Positions 41,062 through 52,292 of a stretch of 64,000 nt of DNA are shown piece by piece. Numbering within the stretch: the stretch's first letter is position 1; each line of letters opens with the position of its first letter. The DNA is from an uncultured Acidobacteriaceae bacterium (lineage in GTDB: Bacteria; Acidobacteriota; Terriglobia; Terriglobales; Acidobacteriaceae). Position numbers and translations under genes: made by a program. The stretch spans positions 30,089-94,088 of the forward strand of contig CAVYPN010000009.1 in the NCBI GenBank assembly GCA_963770365.1, given 5' to 3'. The notes under the pieces are model-generated. The model ran no database searches. It saw only the letters and a program-made list of their open reading frames with translations, and was not told the DNA's origin.

Positions 41062-41148
41062 CTGGTCCTGGATGCGCGAAATCGGATTGGCAATCGCGTT
41101 TTCACATCGGCAGTGTATCAGGCGTCGAGAATGTTGCGACGGATCAGA

Positions 41149-41625
41149 TCAAGCCGCTTTCGTGATCCGTTTAGGCCATCTCAGGCGAATGCAGAGATAC
41201 GCGACCAAAAGCAGCACGACGGCTCCGGAGCAGTCGAGGAGCACGTCGGAAGGAACGCCGGTGCGATTGGGCAGAAAAGATTGATGGAATTCATCGGTGC
41301 TCGCGACCAGCGCGGTGCCGAGCAGGGCCAACGTGGCGTTCAGCAGGAATCCGGCCCGCGGCAGACTCAGCCACCATGCGCGCAGCCACAGCACACCCAT
41401 GGTTCCGTAGCCAACGAAGTGTCCGGTCTTGCGAATGAGGTGATGGAAAAGCTGCCAGCGTTCGTCACTGACCTGCCCGAAGAGGTGTTCCCAAATCCAG
41501 CGCAGTGGTCCACTGGTGTAATCGGCTCCGAAGGAAGCCGACGATTCCACAGCGATCACACAAATTCCCAGAAACACCGGCAACCAGGCGCCAATCCAGA
41601 AGAGTGTCGATCGTCGATTGGCCAT
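41149..41625 (-). CDS. VanZ family membrane protein
   Basis: RKTGHFVGYG, DEFHQSF.PNRTG...DVLLD. Confidence 0.85.
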   Translation of the reverse strand: MANRRSTLFWIGAWLPVFLGICVIAVESSASFGADYTSGPLRWIWEHLFGQVSDERWQLFHHLIRKTGHFVGYGTMGVLWLRAWWLSLPRAGFLLNATLALLGTALVASTDEFHQSFLPNRTGVPSDVLLDCSGAVVLLLVAYLCIRLRWPKRITKAA

Positions 41626-41635
41626 GCCTGATGGT

Positions 41636-43222
<1,587 letters not shown>

Positions 43223-43286
43223 TTATCGCTATTGTATCGGAGCGCGCCGGGACGCCTTCCTGAGGAGCAGGCTGCATGGCGAGCGG

Positions 43287-44153
43287 CTAAGCGGGGCGGT
43301 CCATCACGATCTTCACCAGATCACCCAACTGCCGCGCGGTGAACTGGTTGCCGTCGATGTTGGCTGCGAGGCGACCCTGCCGGTCGATGATGATGGTGTG
43401 CAGTGTGTGTGTGAGCAAACCTTCGGTGTTCCAGAAATCCATTCCAAACATGCCGGCCACCTGGTGGACCTGCGGCACCGTACCCGTTAGAAAATGCCAG
43501 CTCTTCGCATCTGCGCCAAAGCTCTGCGCATAGCGCGCAAGCGCCGGTCCCTGGTCGTATTCAGGATCAATGGCGATGGTGAGCAGGACAAGATCGCTGC
43601 CGGCGCGATCATGGAACTGTCGTTCCACCTCCGCGAGATTGCGCGAGAGGCGAAGGCAGTAATTGGGATTCGGGCAGCGGGAATAGCCAAAAGTGAGAGC
43701 GATGACCTTGCCGCGAAATTGCGAGAGACTCACAGCATGGCCAGCCTGGTCGGTCAGGGTGAAGTTGGACACGGCTTCGCCGATGGCCACGGGAGGTTTC
43801 CTGGAGGACGGATTGACAGATGAATTCAATACGCTGAGCGAGCCGGCCTGTGCGGGTTCGGGCTCGAAGTTGGCGACAGGCTCAATGTTCTTTGCCAATG
43901 GATTCGAACCATGTTCCACGATCGTGAAGCGAATGAGCGAGCCGGGTTTCAGCGCTTCGAGTCGGCCGGCATCTGGGACCTTGAAGGGCATATCCATCGC
44001 CGCCATGTAGCCGGGCACCGCATCGCACGACACAACCAGCCTGTGATGGATGCGATCGACCTCGAGCACGAGTCCCCGCGCAGCGTGCTCTTGCGCAGCC
44101 GCAAGCGCTGCACCCAGCAGGAAAAGTGCGGCGATGGTCGCGATGTATCTCAT
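43287..44153 (-). CDS. Exported CusF-like copper-binding domain plus SCO/SenC domain protein
   Basis: Signal peptide; PGYMAAMDMPF; FTLTDQ.G, CPNPNYC, IDPEYD, WHFLTG, HTL.T.IID..G. Confidence 0.85.
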   Translation of the reverse strand: MRYIATIAALFLLGAALAAAQEHAARGLVLEVDRIHHRLVVSCDAVPGYMAAMDMPFKVPDAGRLEALKPGSLIRFTIVEHGSNPLAKNIEPVANFEPEPAQAGSLSVLNSSVNPSSRKPPVAIGEAVSNFTLTDQAGHAVSLSQFRGKVIALTFGYSRCPNPNYCLRLSRNLAEVERQFHDRAGSDLVLLTIAIDPEYDQGPALARYAQSFGADAKSWHFLTGTVPQVHQVAGMFGMDFWNTEGLLTHTLHTIIIDRQGRLAANIDGNQFTARQLGDLVKIVMDRPA

Positions 44154-44157
44154 GGAA

Positions 44158-46789
44158 TCAATCAGCGGGCATTGCACGATCCGCAACACGATTTTCGCCC
44201 ATGTGGACCTGTTTGCGAACGAGCTTTGTGATGCTTGAGTCAAATTCCTTGATCTGGATGAATGTGTTTTTATCGACTTGCGCGAAATGCTGGCGCGTCC
44301 CGCTCGCCGGCCAGAAGATGTCGATGCTCACGATCTTCGCATCCGGACCGAGCCCGATGTGCTGTTCCGTCGGATTACCCCCGAAGGAGCTGGTCTCTCC
44401 CACGGTCCGCCAGATGGAACGCGGTGCGCTGCCGGCATTCTGCACGGTCACATGAATCTTCGCGCCGATGGCGGTGCGATTCGATTTGACGCCGACCAGG
44501 CGCACGTTCAGCCAATCGTTGCGATTGCCGGGATTCTGAAAAAGGCGCAGAGTATGCTTCTCCGCGGGAATGGCGCCGCCGTTTTCGCTGATGATGTCCA
44601 TCAGCCCGTTGCGCCTCAGATCAGCGAAGGCGATACCGTGGCCCTTGTGTAGTTCGCCAGTGCCCGACGATGCAGTGATGTCGACGAACCGCTTGCCATC
44701 ATCATTCCTAAGCAGTTCATGCGGCGTAAGCGAACCTAGTGACGGATTGCCCATGCCCAGGTACATGTCGAGAAATCCATCGTTGTCCACGTCGCCAAAG
44801 TTGGTGCCCATGGGCATGAAGACGCGATCGAGGTCCGACCTTCGCAGTCACATCTTCAAACGTGCCGTTATGCAGGTTCCGGTAGAGCTTCATCGCCTCC
44901 GACCGGACGGGCTGATGCAGGTAGCTGCGCATCTCGTCCTCGACGGACCACGGATAGTCCGTCACCAGCAGGTCGGGCCAGCCGTCGTTGTCGTAGTCGA
45001 AGAACCAGGACGAAAAACTGAACAGCGGCTCGCGCACACCGGCCTGCGCAGCGATCTCGGTAAAGGTGCGGTCGCCGTTGTTGCGATAGAGAAAATTCGC
45101 GCCATTGAAGTTTGAGATGTAGAAATCGACGAAGCCATCGTTGTCGTAGTCGGCGGCCGCGACGGACTTGCTGTATGCGCTCCGATCAATGCCGGCGGCG
45201 TGCGAAATGTCTTCGAAGGTGCCATCGCCGCGATTGCGAAAGAGCTGTGCCGGCGTGTTTTCGTTGGCGATGAAGAGGTCCAGGTTCCCGTCGTTGTCAA
45301 TGTCGGCCCATACTGCGGATTGTGTCTGCGTGACAGTCGTGCCGAGGCCGCTTGCGTCGGTGACATCGGTGAAAGTCCCATTACAGTTGTTGCGGAGCAG
45401 CGACTTCCGCATGCCGAACTCCCAGCCTCCGCGCAGCACCAGCAGATCGATGCAGCCATCGTTGTTGTAGTCGGCGGCGACGACATTCAGTCCGCCAAGT
45501 TGATCGGAGAGGCCCGCCTGCGCGCTGCGTTCGGAGAAGGTCCCGTCGCCGTTATTGTGAAAGTAGCGCATCGGCTCGCATACATCCTGGCTGGTGACCA
45601 CGACGTCGAGGAGCCCGTTGTTCTCGAAGTCTTCGACCACCAGCCCACCTGCGGCGAAGAATGCGTCGAGCCCGGCCGCGTGCGCGATGTCTTTGAAGCG
45701 GCCGATGTCCTGTCCGGATGCGAACGCGGCAGGAGGAATGAGCAGCGCAGGCGGGACGCCATCTGGATACTTTCCCAGTGTGAAATACGCGATATTCAGC
45801 AGCCACTTCGCCTGGTCGTTATCCGGTTTGGCTTCGAGATACTTGCTCAGATATTCAACGGCATGCTGCGATTCCTCCTGTTTGTCGAAGTGTGCGCCGG
45901 GATGCAGCGGCGGAAAGATGTCGAGATCGCCCTTGCCGTGGAACGCACCATTCTCCATCTCCGCCTGCTGCAGCCATGCATCGCCGAGCGTCTCTTCGAG
46001 AATCGGCACGCCATCGGGAACTGCAGTTTGCGCGATGGCGAGCGCCGCCTCGAATTGCTGGATGGCCTGCGGCATCTCTCCCATGTAGGTATAGAGCTGG
46101 CCGAGTGCCACATGGGCGCGGAGCAAGTCGAGTTGTGAAGTTGCGCTTTCAGGCTTGGTCGCCGAGCCCAATCGAGCTTGCAATCCCGCAATGCCTGCCG
46201 CATACGACTGTTTGCGAATCGTACAGATCTCGCGAAGGTCGCGATTCCAGTTGTCGGGCTTTTGCGCGGTGCGAAAAAGCGCGTCGGCCTCGGAGATTCC
46301 AGAGAGATCGAGCCCTGCGGGAACACTGCCGATTTCATGCAGCGAGTCGGCAAGCCTACGATCGACCGCCTCCCACGCCGGCGCGGAGGGGAACACTGCG
46401 AGGATCGCGAACCCCGTCGACGTGGGAACGATCGCAGAAAATTGGCCTGGCTTGACGCCGTTCAGCGCATCGCGCAACTCGGATCGTAGTTGGTCCGGAC
46501 GCAGACGGCCGAGGTAGCCCCCCTGTGCCGCGCTCGGGTCAATTGAGTATTCACGCGCCAATACGCCGAAATCCCATCCTGCATTCAGCTTTTTCAAAAC
46601 GCCGGCCGCCTGCTCGGCCGTGCGCGTAACGAGGATGCTGAGATGCAATTCGGAGGAAGGCTCCGTCTGTTGTCCGACCACAGGCGAGGGAAGAGAAACG
46701 AGAAGCAACGCAAGCGTCACCGCGCAGGTAACGACATTGCATAGGGGTGCCGCTCGATGATGACTCGACATTCGACCTCGGCCTTGCAT
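44158..46789 (-). CDS. PPIC-type rotamase + TPR + FG-GAP repeats + ASPIC/UnbV (CRTAC1-like) protein, apparent +1 frameshift at 44832-44833
   Basis: HIL/DF..LAREYS.DPSA..GGYLG rotamase motif; TPR helices; repeated D.DNDG..DL motifs; NRTAIGAKI.V...GNP.EQHIGLG UnbV. Removing one C from minus-strand GGACCTCGAT gives VGLDRVFMPMG. Confidence 0.85.
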
Positions 46790-46864
46790 AGGAAATAGGG
46801 GAATCAGCAGGGCTTACCAGAGAGTACGAAACGAAAGTCCGATGCTTGCGCCGGAAGCACCAGC

Positions 46865-48523
46865 CTACACGCCCACCGGGAACGGCTTTGGGCTTGACTC
46901 ATCGGTGTTGGCTTCGGTGCCGCCGCGCCAGCGCTCGAAGCGGCCCTGCAGCAAGCTCATCAGGCCGGTGTACCAGTATCCGATCACAAAAAGGATGAGG
47001 AACGGCGCGGTGAAGTAGTTGTGGTTCGTGAAAGTGTAGATGATGGCGAGCAAAAAGTAGCAGCCAATGATCAGCTCGATCCACGGCGCAAGCTTCAGGC
47101 GTTTACGATACTTCGCGGCCTGCGACTTCTCGCCCTTTTGCGCCACGCGATACTTGGGCGTGCGCACGAAGGCGCTCTTGATGCCGAGCAACGCTTCCAT
47201 CACGGCTTTCGAATTGGTAACAGTCAGGCCGATGCCCAGCGCCATCAGAAACGGCAGATAAAGAAATGTCCTCTTCCACGTCTTTGGATAAATCTCTCGC
47301 TGGCTCGCAAGGTAGAAGACGGCGATTGACGCCGACGAAGCCGTGAACAGCGGAAAGTCAATCAACAGCATCTGGAACCAGCCCTGGTAGAACCGGACAA
47401 TCATGGCTGGAATCAGCAGGGCGGTCATGATGATCATGAGCGGATAGCTCAGGTTCGCGGTGAGATGGTACACGGCTTCAATCTTGATGCGCCGCGGCAG
47501 GTCCGACTTGAAGATGCGCGGCAGCATCTTGATCGATGTCTGGATCAGTCCCTTGGCCCAGCGCGCCTGCTGCGTCTTGAACGCCGTCATCTCGATGGGC
47601 AGCTCGGAGGGGCATTCTACGTCGGGCAGGTACTTGAAGCGCCACCCTGCCATCTGCGAACGATAGCTGAGGTCCGTGTCCTCAGTGAGCGTATCGTGCT
47701 GCCAGCCGCCACCATCGGAGATCGCCTGCCGCCGCCACATGCCCGCCGTGCCGTTGAAGTTGAAAAAGTCGCCGCTACGAGCGCGGGCTCCGTGCTCGAG
47801 GATGAAGTGGCCGTCGAGCAGGATGGCCTCGATGCGTGTAAGCAGGCTGTAGTCGCGATTGAGGTGGGTCCAGCGTGTCTGCACCATGCCCACGTCGGGT
47901 TCGCCGAAGTGGTGGATCACCTTCATCAGCCAATCGGGGGGCGGAACAAAATCGGCGTCGAAGATGCCGATGAATTCGCCACTCGCGACTTTCAGCCCTG
48001 CGTCAAGCGCTCCAGCCTTGAAGCCATGGCGGTTGGTGCGGTGGATATAGACGATCGGGTGGCCGAGCGCGGCATAGCGCGCCACAATACCCGCGGCGAC
48101 CTCGGTAGTCTCGTCGGTCGAGTCGTCGAGGACCTGAATCTCGAGTTTGTCCTGCGGGTATTGGAGAGCGCAGACGGCTTCAACGAGACGGTCGATGACG
48201 AACTGCTCATTGAAGATGGGGAGCTGTATCGTGACCCGGGGTAGTTCCTCGAAGTACTTGATCGGGTTTGGGTTGTAGTTCTTTCGGTGTTTGAAGTAGA
48301 GGTAGCAGAGCGTGTAGCGGTGCACGCCATAGATGGCCAGCACGATCATCACGAGGAAATAGGGAATCAACAGCGCCGCATCAAACCAATTCCAGTAGTG
48401 GCGCACCGTGGAGAACGGGTCGCTGAGCAGCATCTTCACCTGGTGGCGGAAGCCGTTCTGTTGGCTGCCGGCGAGGAAAAACGCGGCTTGCGCAGGCAGC
48501 CCAGCGACCAGGCTGGCGATCAA
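46865..48523 (-). CDS. Membrane glycosyltransferase family 2 (cellulose-synthase-like / CslA type)
   Basis: QLPIFNE, VLDDS, FKAGAL, IFDAD, VQTRW, NGTAG, TEDTDLS, QQARW. Start uncertain (TTG 48523 or CTG 48541 after GGAGG). Confidence 0.92.
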   Translation of the reverse strand: MIASLVAGLPAQAAFFLAGSQQNGFRHQVKMLLSDPFSTVRHYWNWFDAALLIPYFLVMIVLAIYGVHRYTLCYLYFKHRKNYNPNPIKYFEELPRVTIQLPIFNEQFVIDRLVEAVCALQYPQDKLEIQVLDDSTDETTEVAAGIVARYAALGHPIVYIHRTNRHGFKAGALDAGLKVASGEFIGIFDADFVPPPDWLMKVIHHFGEPDVGMVQTRWTHLNRDYSLLTRIEAILLDGHFILEHGARARSGDFFNFNGTAGMWRRQAISDGGGWQHDTLTEDTDLSYRSQMAGWRFKYLPDVECPSELPIEMTAFKTQQARWAKGLIQTSIKMLPRIFKSDLPRRIKIEAVYHLTANLSYPLMIIMTALLIPAMIVRFYQGWFQMLLIDFPLFTASSASIAVFYLASQREIYPKTWKRTFLYLPFLMALGIGLTVTNSKAVMEALLGIKSAFVRTPKYRVAQKGEKSQAAKYRKRLKLAPWIELIIGCYFLLAIIYTFTNHNYFTAPFLILFVIGYWYTGLMSLLQGRFERWRGGTEANTDESSPKPFPVGV

Positions 48524-48858
48524 TTTGAGGTCGGCGAGCAGTGCGGAGCCTCCACGAACGGGATAAGAGAATTGTAAGCGATTGCCGCAGATATGGTTGA
48601 AGCGTGCAGCACGCCCTTAGAATGATGCGCACAAAGGGTTTTGCGGCCACGAGCCAGTCGTCCGTTCACGGCTCAGTTGGCATCTCATCCAAAGTCCTGC
48701 GATGTCGCCTCGGAAGCCAGACTCCCCGAAAGCCCCCCTTTGCGAATTCGTGCCGATGGCGTCTCTTCCATAGGAACTTCTGATTCGATCTTCACCGTCT
48801 GCCGATTGCCGAGTTTTCCGGATTAGCGTAATGTTTCCATACAGTTGGAGAGACCCGA

Positions 48859-50658
48859 ATGTCTACGACAGCCATTTCTCCCATCGTCGCCGCCAAGGGC
48901 GGAAGCTTTCTTATCGAGACACGCACGCCCGCAGACGTCTTTACCCCTGAAGATCTGAACGAGGAGCAGCGGCAAATGGCCGCTACGGTGGCTCAGTTTG
49001 CCCGCGATGAGGTTCTGCCCGCCACTGCTGATATCGACGCCAAGAAACCCGGCGTGCTGCCAGGGCTGTTGCGCAAGGCGGCAGAGCTGGGATTCACCTC
49101 GGTCGATATTCCCGAGGAGTACGGCGGCCTTGGGATGGACAAGGCTACCTCCGCCATCATCGCGGACCATCTCTCGATCCAGGCAAGCTTTTCGACCGCA
49201 TTCGGGGCGCATACCGGCATCGCCACGCTGCCCCTGGTCTGGTACGGCACCGAAGAGCAGAAGAAACGCTACCTGCCGAAGCTCGCAACCGCCGAGTGGA
49301 TCGGAGCCTATGGTTTGTCTGAGGCCACCTCCGGCTCCGATGCCATGAATGTCCGGGCCCGCGCGACTCTCTCGCCAGACGGCAGCACGTACACGCTCAA
49401 CGGCGAGAAGATGTGGATCACCAATTGCGCCATCGCCGGGCTGTACACCATTTTTGCGAAGATCGACGGCGAAAAGTTCTCCGCCTTCCTGATCGAGCGC
49501 GACACTCCAGGACTGACCGTCGGCGCCGAGGAGCACAAGCTGGGTATACGTGGCTCCTCAACCTGTCCGCTGGTCCTGCAGGATTGCAAAATACCTGCAG
49601 CGAACCTGCTCGGCGAGCCGGGGAAGGGCCACCACATCGCGTTCAACGTTCTTAACATGGGCCGCTTCAAGCTGGGCGTTGCCTGCGTTGGCGGGGCGCG
49701 CCACGCCCTTGCGTACATGGCGAGCTACGCCAGGGAGCGGAAAGCCTTTGGCAAGTCGATCGCCGAGTTCGGCCTGATCCAGAGAAAGATATCTCTGAGC
49801 GCCACACGCCTGTACGCAGCCGAAAGTATGGCCTACCGCACTGTTGGCATGATCGACGCATCCCTGGACCAGCTGGGCGACAGCGCAAGCCGGTCGCCGC
49901 GCGATATCCAGAAAAGAATCGAAGAGTATGCGGTCGAGTGCTCGATTCTGAAGGTCTATGGTTCAGAGATGCTGTCGTTCGTGGCCGATGAACTGGTCGC
50001 CACCATGGCCGGCTACGGTTACACGGAGCATTACCCGGCGGAACGCTTTTATCGCGATGCGCGCATCAATCGCATTTTTGAGGGAACAAACGAAATCAAC
50101 CGCATGATCATCACCGGCTGGCTGATGAAGCGCGCCCTGGCCGGCGAACTGCCGCTGATGGCCGCCATCAAGTCGCTGATGGATGAAGTGATGCAGCCAC
50201 CGTCGTTTGACTCTTCCGAAGACACCGGAGAAGTGCTGGCGCGCGAGGCCGCAATGCTTGATGCCGTACGGAAGATCGGTCTATTCGCGGCCGGGGTTGC
50301 CAGCCAGCGCTACATGGCGGCGTTGCAGGATCAGCAGGAGGTAATGGCCGACCTTGCCGACATCATTACCCAGGTTTTCGCGCTCGAGTCGGCGCTGTTG
50401 CGGGCCCGGAAACTGACCGCGGCCGGCAAATCCACTGCAGCGGTAGCCGTGGCCATGACAAGCCTGCTGGCCGAGGAGAGCATGGGAATGGCTGAGCAAA
50501 CAGCGCGTCGCGTGCTGGCTGCCTGCAGCGAGGGCGATATGTTGCGGACGCAACTGGCGATCCTGCGGAGGCTGGCGCGATTCACGCCGGTGGATTCCGT
50601 TGCGCTAAGCCAAGCGGTGGCAAAACAATGCGTTCAGTTGGAGAGGTATCCGCTCTAG
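48859..50658 (+). CDS. Acyl-CoA dehydrogenase (long, ~600 aa type)
   Basis: YGLSEATSGSDA, LNGEKMWITN, KLGIRGSST, R..FGK.I..F, YRDARINRIFEGTNEI. Confidence 0.95.
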   Translation: MSTTAISPIVAAKGGSFLIETRTPADVFTPEDLNEEQRQMAATVAQFARDEVLPATADIDAKKPGVLPGLLRKAAELGFTSVDIPEEYGGLGMDKATSAIIADHLSIQASFSTAFGAHTGIATLPLVWYGTEEQKKRYLPKLATAEWIGAYGLSEATSGSDAMNVRARATLSPDGSTYTLNGEKMWITNCAIAGLYTIFAKIDGEKFSAFLIERDTPGLTVGAEEHKLGIRGSSTCPLVLQDCKIPAANLLGEPGKGHHIAFNVLNMGRFKLGVACVGGARHALAYMASYARERKAFGKSIAEFGLIQRKISLSATRLYAAESMAYRTVGMIDASLDQLGDSASRSPRDIQKRIEEYAVECSILKVYGSEMLSFVADELVATMAGYGYTEHYPAERFYRDARINRIFEGTNEINRMIITGWLMKRALAGELPLMAAIKSLMDEVMQPPSFDSSEDTGEVLAREAAMLDAVRKIGLFAAGVASQRYMAALQDQQEVMADLADIITQVFALESALLRARKLTAAGKSTAAVAVAMTSLLAEESMGMAEQTARRVLAACSEGDMLRTQLAILRRLARFTPVDSVALSQAVAKQCVQLERYPL

Positions 50659-50702
50659 TTCTCCGTGGGCCAGTTTTAGGCCCACGCGCGATCAGCAAAC
50701 GG

Positions 50703-51155
50703 CTACGAAGGATACGCCCCGGCGATGTAGCCTTCGAGAGCCTGGATGGTCTGCTGCTGGCCGGAGATGACCCACTTCACCAGGTCTCCGATAGATACGA
50801 CACCGACCACGGTGTCGTTTTGAACCACGGGTAGATGGCGGAAGTCGTGTTCGGTCATGAGGGTCATACACTCGTCCACCGTGTGCTTGGGGCTGACGGA
50901 GATGACCGGGCTGGTCATCAGCTGACCGACCTTGGTTTCGCGCGAGGCGTGACCGCCCAGGATGCCCTTGCGCGCGTAATCCCGCTCCGAGAAGATGCCG
51001 ACCAGTCGATTGTCCTTGCAAACAAGCAAAACACCGATGTTGTACTTAGCCAGCATCTCCAGTGCCTCATAGACTGAGTCATCGGGATCGATGGAAAGCA
51101 CACTTCTCTCGGGTCGACAACCGAGCAAAATGCCAATTGTGTCGCTGATCTTCAT
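50703..51155 (-). CDS. CBS domain protein
   Basis: NIGVLLV...LVGIFSERDY.RK, LMT, FRHLPVV...VVGVVSIGDLVK; AGGAGG RBS before ATG 51155. Confidence 0.92.
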   Translation of the reverse strand: MKISDTIGILLGCRPERSVLSIDPDDSVYEALEMLAKYNIGVLLVCKDNRLVGIFSERDYARKGILGGHASRETKVGQLMTSPVISVSPKHTVDECMTLMTEHDFRHLPVVQNDTVVGVVSIGDLVKWVISGQQQTIQALEGYIAGAYPS

Positions 51156-51406
51156 GACGGGCCTCCTGGGGCCATGCGAATGACGGTCACTATAGCCCAT
51201 TGCTATAACGACCGAAAAGCAGGAAATTCAAGAGATTTTTCGCCAAGGGGTACGAGGGCGTAAACCGGGCCCCTTCCGAACCTTCCGTGGTTGGAACCGG
51301 CAACCGCATTGCCGGTTGCCCCGTCGGATTTAGAATAGAGAAGGAGTGGCGGTTTCCCCTTTGGAATCTTGGGAAAACCAGCTCTGAAGTGAATGGAGAG
51401 ACTCTG

Positions 51407-52174
51407 ATGGCACTGTTCAAGACTTCCAACCCTGCCTTGGGTTCCAAGACCTTCCAGGACGCTGCAGCGCGCTACGGTGGCGCCATTGATGCAGCCAACC
51501 GGATGACCCTGAACGGAACGGTCAACCGCACCGGCATCCTGCTGATCTGTGCCTTCGCTACCGCCGCATACACCTGGCGCGCGTTCATGCAGACTCACGA
51601 CCCAGCCGATGTGTCGGGGTTGCTGATGCTTGGTGTCTTTGGCGGCTTTATCACCGCGATGGTCACCATCTTCAAACAGACTTGGGCGCCCATTACGGCT
51701 CCGATCTATGCGCTTCTGGAGGGGCTTTTTCTAGGCGGCTTTTCGGCCTTGCTTGAACTGCGCTATCCGGGCATTGCGATTCAGGCCGTGGGACTCACCT
51801 TCGGCACCCTGCTGACGATGCTGGTGCTCTACAGTTCCGGTCTGATCAAGGTGACCAACAAGCTCCGCATCGGCATCATCGCGGCCACCGGTGGCATCGC
51901 GCTCTTCTATCTCGGGGAGATTATCCTAAGTTTCTTCCATATCCAGTTCGTCACGATCAATGGATCGGGGCCTATCGGCATCGCCTTCAGCCTCTTCGTT
52001 TGTGCCATCGCCGCGTTGAACCTTGTGCTTGATTTCGATTTCATCGAGCAGGGTGTGAACGCCGGCGCCCCGAAGTTCATGGAGTGGTATGGCGCCTTCG
52101 GCATCATGGTCACGCTTGTGTGGCTGTACCTTGAGATCCTCAGGCTGCTCAGCAAGATGAGGAGCCGGAACTAG
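51407..52174 (+). CDS. Bax inhibitor-1/YccA family membrane protein
   Basis: KTSNPAL, MTLNGTVN.T, YALLEG.FLG, NLVLDFD.IE, EW..AFG..VTLVWLYLEILRLL. Confidence 0.92.
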   Translation: MALFKTSNPALGSKTFQDAAARYGGAIDAANRMTLNGTVNRTGILLICAFATAAYTWRAFMQTHDPADVSGLLMLGVFGGFITAMVTIFKQTWAPITAPIYALLEGLFLGGFSALLELRYPGIAIQAVGLTFGTLLTMLVLYSSGLIKVTNKLRIGIIAATGGIALFYLGEIILSFFHIQFVTINGSGPIGIAFSLFVCAIAALNLVLDFDFIEQGVNAGAPKFMEWYGAFGIMVTLVWLYLEILRLLSKMRSRN

Positions 52175-52196
52175 AGCTCCGCAACCTCAGAACCGT

Positions 52197-52229
52197 GAAG
52201 CGGCAATCTCCACGCGAGGTTGCCGCTTC
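52197..52229. terminator. Hairpin between convergent genes
   Basis: GAAGCGGCAATCTC-CACGC-GAGGTTGCCGCTTC (14 bp with one G-U). Confidence 0.6.
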
Positions 52230-52292
52230 TGCTTCTGCCTTAAGAGCGGGCTTCGGCCATCGCAATCCAGATCCGTCGCGATCCGCAACCCT

